In this document: positions 60,235 to 64,000 of the stretch, piece by piece
Layout of the letters: each line of letters opens with the position of its first letter
Numbering within the stretch: the stretch's first letter is position 1
Origin: Eledone cirrhosa
Taxonomy: Eukaryota
Assembly (NCBI GenBank): GCA_964016885.1
Contig: OZ024766.1
Coordinates: 186,001 to 250,000, forward strand
DNA: 64,000 nt
Reading direction: 5' to 3'
Position numbers and translations under genes: made by a program
The notes under the pieces: generated by a model
Databases searched by the model: none
Seen by the model: only the letters and a program-made list of their open reading frames with translations
Told to the model about the DNA's origin: nothing

Positions 60235-60611
60235 GTAATTATTGATTATTGATTTTTCATTGATTGATTATTGATTTTTTTTTTTTATTCATTGATTTTT
60301 TTTTATGGATTATTGATTTTTTTCATTGATTGATAATTTGATTTTTTATTCATTGAATTTTTAATGGATTATTGGTTTTTTTCATTGATTGATTATTAAT
60401 TTTTTATTCATTGATTTTTTTTTTTTTAATGGATTATTGATTTTTATTGATTATTAATTTTTCATTGGTTATTGATTTTTATTATTTATTGATATTTAAT
60501 TGATTGATCTTTCATAGATTATTGATATTTAATTGCTTATTGATATTTCATTGGTTATTGATATTTCCCCAATTATCGATTTTTCATTGGTATTATTTGC
60601 ATTATTATTAG

Positions 60612-60870
60612 TAGAGTGGTGAATTGGCAGTAACTGGTAGAGCGTCAGCCAGCATGCTTTGTGACATGTTGTTACGTCCCTTTACATTCTGAGTTCAAAT
60701 CCCGCCGAGGTTAACTTTGCCTTTCATCCTTACAGGGTCGATAAAATAAAGTACCAGTTATAGACTGGAGTAGATTTAATCACACCCCCCCCCCCCCTGC
60801 CAAAAAAAAAAAAAAAAATTTGCTGGCCTTGTGCCTAAATCAGAAACCATTGTTGTTATTATTTATTATA
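60612..60870 (+). mobile_element. tRNA-derived SINE family B in the intron of the FREM1-like gene
   Basis: tggcagtaactggtagagcg A box, gagttcaaatccc B box, core gcctttcatccttacagggtcgataaaataaagtaccag, tail gctggccttgtgcc...ttatt. Confidence 0.8.
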
Positions 60871-60933
60871 TTTTTTGGGGGGAGGAGGACCTTGAGATCA
60901 AGACCACAAACAAAGTCCAACACAACTGCCCTG

Positions 60934-60964
<31 letters not shown>

Positions 60965-61765
60965 CCGTTTTACGTCCGTTCTTCCACGCTAGCATGGGTT
61001 AGACGGGTTGTCCTGTTGTGGGCAGTGTCTGGTCGGCTGACCATGCCTTGCTCATACAGGAACTGATTCTGGCTTGATTTCTACAGCTGGATGCCCTTCC
61101 TAACACCAACCTCATTTACAGTGAGTGATGGGTGTTTTTTCGTGGCGCCTACACGTCCCCTTTACAGTGTGGGCTGGGTGTTTTTTCGTGGCGCCTACAC
61201 GTCCCCTTTACAGTGTGGGCTGGGTGCTTTTTCGTGGCACCTACACGTCCACTTTACAGTGTGGGCTGGGTGCTTTTTTGCCGTGGCACCTCCACGACCA
61301 CTTTACAGTGTGGGCTGGGTGCTTTTTTGCCGTGGCACCTACACGACCACTTTGCAGTGAGTGCTGGGTGCTTTTTCGTGGCACCTCCACGTCCACTTTA
61401 CAGTGTGGGCTGGGTGCTTTTTCCGTGGCACCTACACGTCCACTTTACAGTGTGGGCTTGGTGCTTTTTCGTGGCACCTCCACGTCCACTTTACAGTGTG
61501 GGCTGGGTGCTTTTTCCGTGGCACCTACATGTCCACTTTACAGTGTGGGCTGGGTGCTTTTTCCGTGGCACCTCCACGACCACTTTACAGTGAGTGCTGG
61601 GTGCTTTTTTGCCGTGGCACCTACACGTCCACTTTACAGTGTGGGCTGGGTGCTTTTTTGCCGTGGCACCTCCACGACCACCTTGCAGTGGGAGGGTGTG
61701 GGGGCATATTGTCTATATGCTTCAGCTTTGACCCATGGGAGGTCGGGTACTCTGTATTACTGTAT
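60934..61765 (-). mobile_element. SINE-A variant with internal 47-49-bp array (~12 copies, 61120-61690)
   Basis: Reverse-complement homolog of 57140-57466 with the actttacagtgtgggctgggtgcttttt.cgtggcacctacacgtcc unit amplified. Confidence 0.85.
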
Positions 61766-61774
61766 TACACACAC

Positions 61775-61990
61775 ACAAAATGGACTCTAATAGATATTGC
61801 AGTCCCTCAACACCACAATATGATTGCAAAGGAGATGGAAAAGGTCAATAAGTATGCATACCTTGCAAGTGCTATTTGACCTGAGCACCATGTAGAGATA
61901 GAAGTTGTGTCAATCATCGTTGGGGGCTCCAGGCATGGTCCCTACACAGCTTACATCTTTCATCAAAAGCCTTGGTACCCCTGACTTCAT
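61775..61990 (+). mobile_element. Degenerate R4/Dong-like non-LTR retrotransposon RLE domain fragment
   Basis: WTLIDIAVPQHHNMIAKEMEKVNKYAYLASAI*...IEVVSIIVGG matches the IDxxVP..N...KE.EK..KY..L...V.PIVIG pattern. Confidence 0.65.
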
Positions 61991-62427
61991 TAGCAGTGCC
62001 CAAATGTTTACCATCACCAGCATCAGCCCTGCCAGAATCTTATGTGATATATTGACCCTTTTAGATTAATTAAAATGCTTCACCTAGCAAATGTCTTTCA
62101 TCAAAACCCTTTGTGTCCCTTATTTTATAGGCAGTGCCCAAATTTCTACCATTACCAGCACTACCAGAATCCTACACGATATATTCAGACTGATCTGGGG
62201 CCAATTAACATGCTTCACCTAGCAACTGATTGATAGAGAAAGCCTTGGTATCCCTGACTTCACTTTGTGTCCCTTATTTTATAGGCAGTGCCCAAATTTC
62301 TACCATTACCAGCATTGATAGAATCGAACCCGATATATTGAAAATCTCAGATCAGGGACTGATCTTAGGTCAAATAACATGTTTCCCCTTTTATCTTGAG
62401 ATCCCTTCACAGGCAGTGTCCAGATTT

Positions 62428-62735
62428 CTACCACCACTACCACTACCACTGCCACTACCACCACTACCACCACCACCACTACCACCACTACCACTGCCAC
62501 TACCACCACTACCACCACCATCACTACCACTACCACCACTACCACCACCACCACTACCACCACCACCACTACCACTACCACCACTACCACCACTACCACC
62601 ACCACTACCACTACCACCACTACCACCACTACCACCACCACCACCACTACCACTACCACCACCACCACTACCACCACCACCACCACTACCACCACTACCA
62701 CCACCACCACTACCACCACCACCACTACCACTGCC
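62428..62735 (+). repeat. (CCA/CTA)n trinucleotide tract
   Basis: Directly visible. Confidence 0.95.
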
Positions 62736-63029
62736 AAATATTTACCATCTCTAGAATCCTATTCAATATATTGAGCCTCAGAGATCAGGGACTGATCTGG
62801 GATCAATTATCAGGCTTCACCTCGCAACAAATTGCTCGAGAAGCCTTACAAAAAAATAAAAAATAATTACCATTATCAACATTTTTATATTTACTGTTGT
62901 TGTTAATGTAAAACTATATGTTTGTACGTATCTACTTTCACCAACCTCAGTTAAAACAAACAATTATGTATTTATGAGAAAGCAATGCTGTGAAAATATT
63001 GCTTCAAAATTAACACGTGTTTCATCATA

Positions 63030-64000
63030 GGGCTGTAGATTGCCAGTAATGAGTAGAGTGTCGGACAACATGTTTTGTGGTATAGTGTTTCATCATCTTA
63101 TGTTCAGAGTTCCAGATCCCGCCGAGGTTAACTTTGCTTTTCATCCTTACGGGGTTAAGATAGATAAAATACCAGTAATGCACTGAGGAGGTCAATTTAA
63201 TCAACTTTCCTCTAACCCCCAAATGGTTGTCCTTGAGTCAGTCTAAGTCAGAAATCATTATTATTTTTATTAAGGCGGTGGATTAGGCAGTATCGGTAGA
63301 GGGTCGGACGCCATGCTTTGAAGAATAGAGTTACGGCCCTTGCCATTCTGAGTTCAAATCCCGCCAAGGTTAACTTTGCCTTTCATCCTTACGGGGTTGA
63401 TAAAATAAAGTACCAGTAATGCACTGGGATAATTGCTGGCATTGTGCCCCCAAAAGTTGAAACAGTTATTACGGGGTTGATAAAATAAAGTACCAGTAAT
63501 ACACTGGGGTAATTGCTGGCATTGTGCCCCCAAAAGTAGAAACAATTATTACGGGGTTGATAAAATAAAGTACCAGTAATACACTGGGGGTAATTGCTGG
63601 CCTTGTGCCCCCAAAAGTAGAAACAATTATTACGGGGTTGATAAAATAAAGTACCAGTAATACACTGGGGTAATTGCTGGCCTTGTGCCTCCAAAAGTAG
63701 AAACAATTATTACGGGGTTGATAAAATAAAGTACCAGTAATACACTGGGGGTAATTGCTGGCCTTGTGCCTCCAAAAGTAGAAACAATTATTATTTTTAT
63801 TATGGAATTTCAATTTAATAATCCTGTCAAGATCAGCTTTGTCTTCAATCCTTAAGGGGTCGATAAAATAAAGTAGCAGTAACACACTGGGGTTGAAATA
63901 ATAGACTTTCCCCTCCCCAAAAAATTGTTGGCCTTGTGCTTAATGTATAAGCAATTAGGTCAGGTTTGACTTTCATCCTTTCAGGGATCAACAATGTAAA
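63030..64000 (+). mobile_element. Cluster of SINE-B copies; the copy at 63273-63795 carries five tandem 80-81-bp units of its 3' half
   Basis: B boxes gagttcca/gagttcaaatcccgcc; acggggttgataaaataaagtaccag recurs at 63391, 63471, 63551, 63632, 63712. Confidence 0.85.

Overview
Eukaryotic, very AT-rich and microsatellite-saturated DNA. The repeat repertoire ((AT)n/(AC)n seas, RTE LINEs with (GAT)n tails, tRNA-derived SINEs) resembles an octopus/cephalopod genome; this is inference, not a database result. Almost all ORFs in the track are simple-repeat artefacts. One real host coding exon is evident at 60016-60234 (+). It encodes a signal peptide plus the N-terminus of a FRAS1-related extracellular matrix protein (FREM1-like) and lies in a spliced exon probably starting at 59534. 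The rest is TE debris: RTE LINE fragments, CRE- and R4-like restriction-like endonuclease fragments, a Tc1 element, two SINE families, piggyBac-like ends, a Helitron 3' end and a MITE. Two patterns stand out. First, several hammerhead-ribozyme folds (two related copies show stem I covariation) sit in short, often inverted-duplicated islands between (TA)n tracts, as expected for Penelope-like retroelement remnants. Second, most minisatellite arrays are tandem amplifications of an internal piece of a TE, and one ~48-bp SINE segment has expanded five separate times. I see no convincing wholly new protein-coding system.
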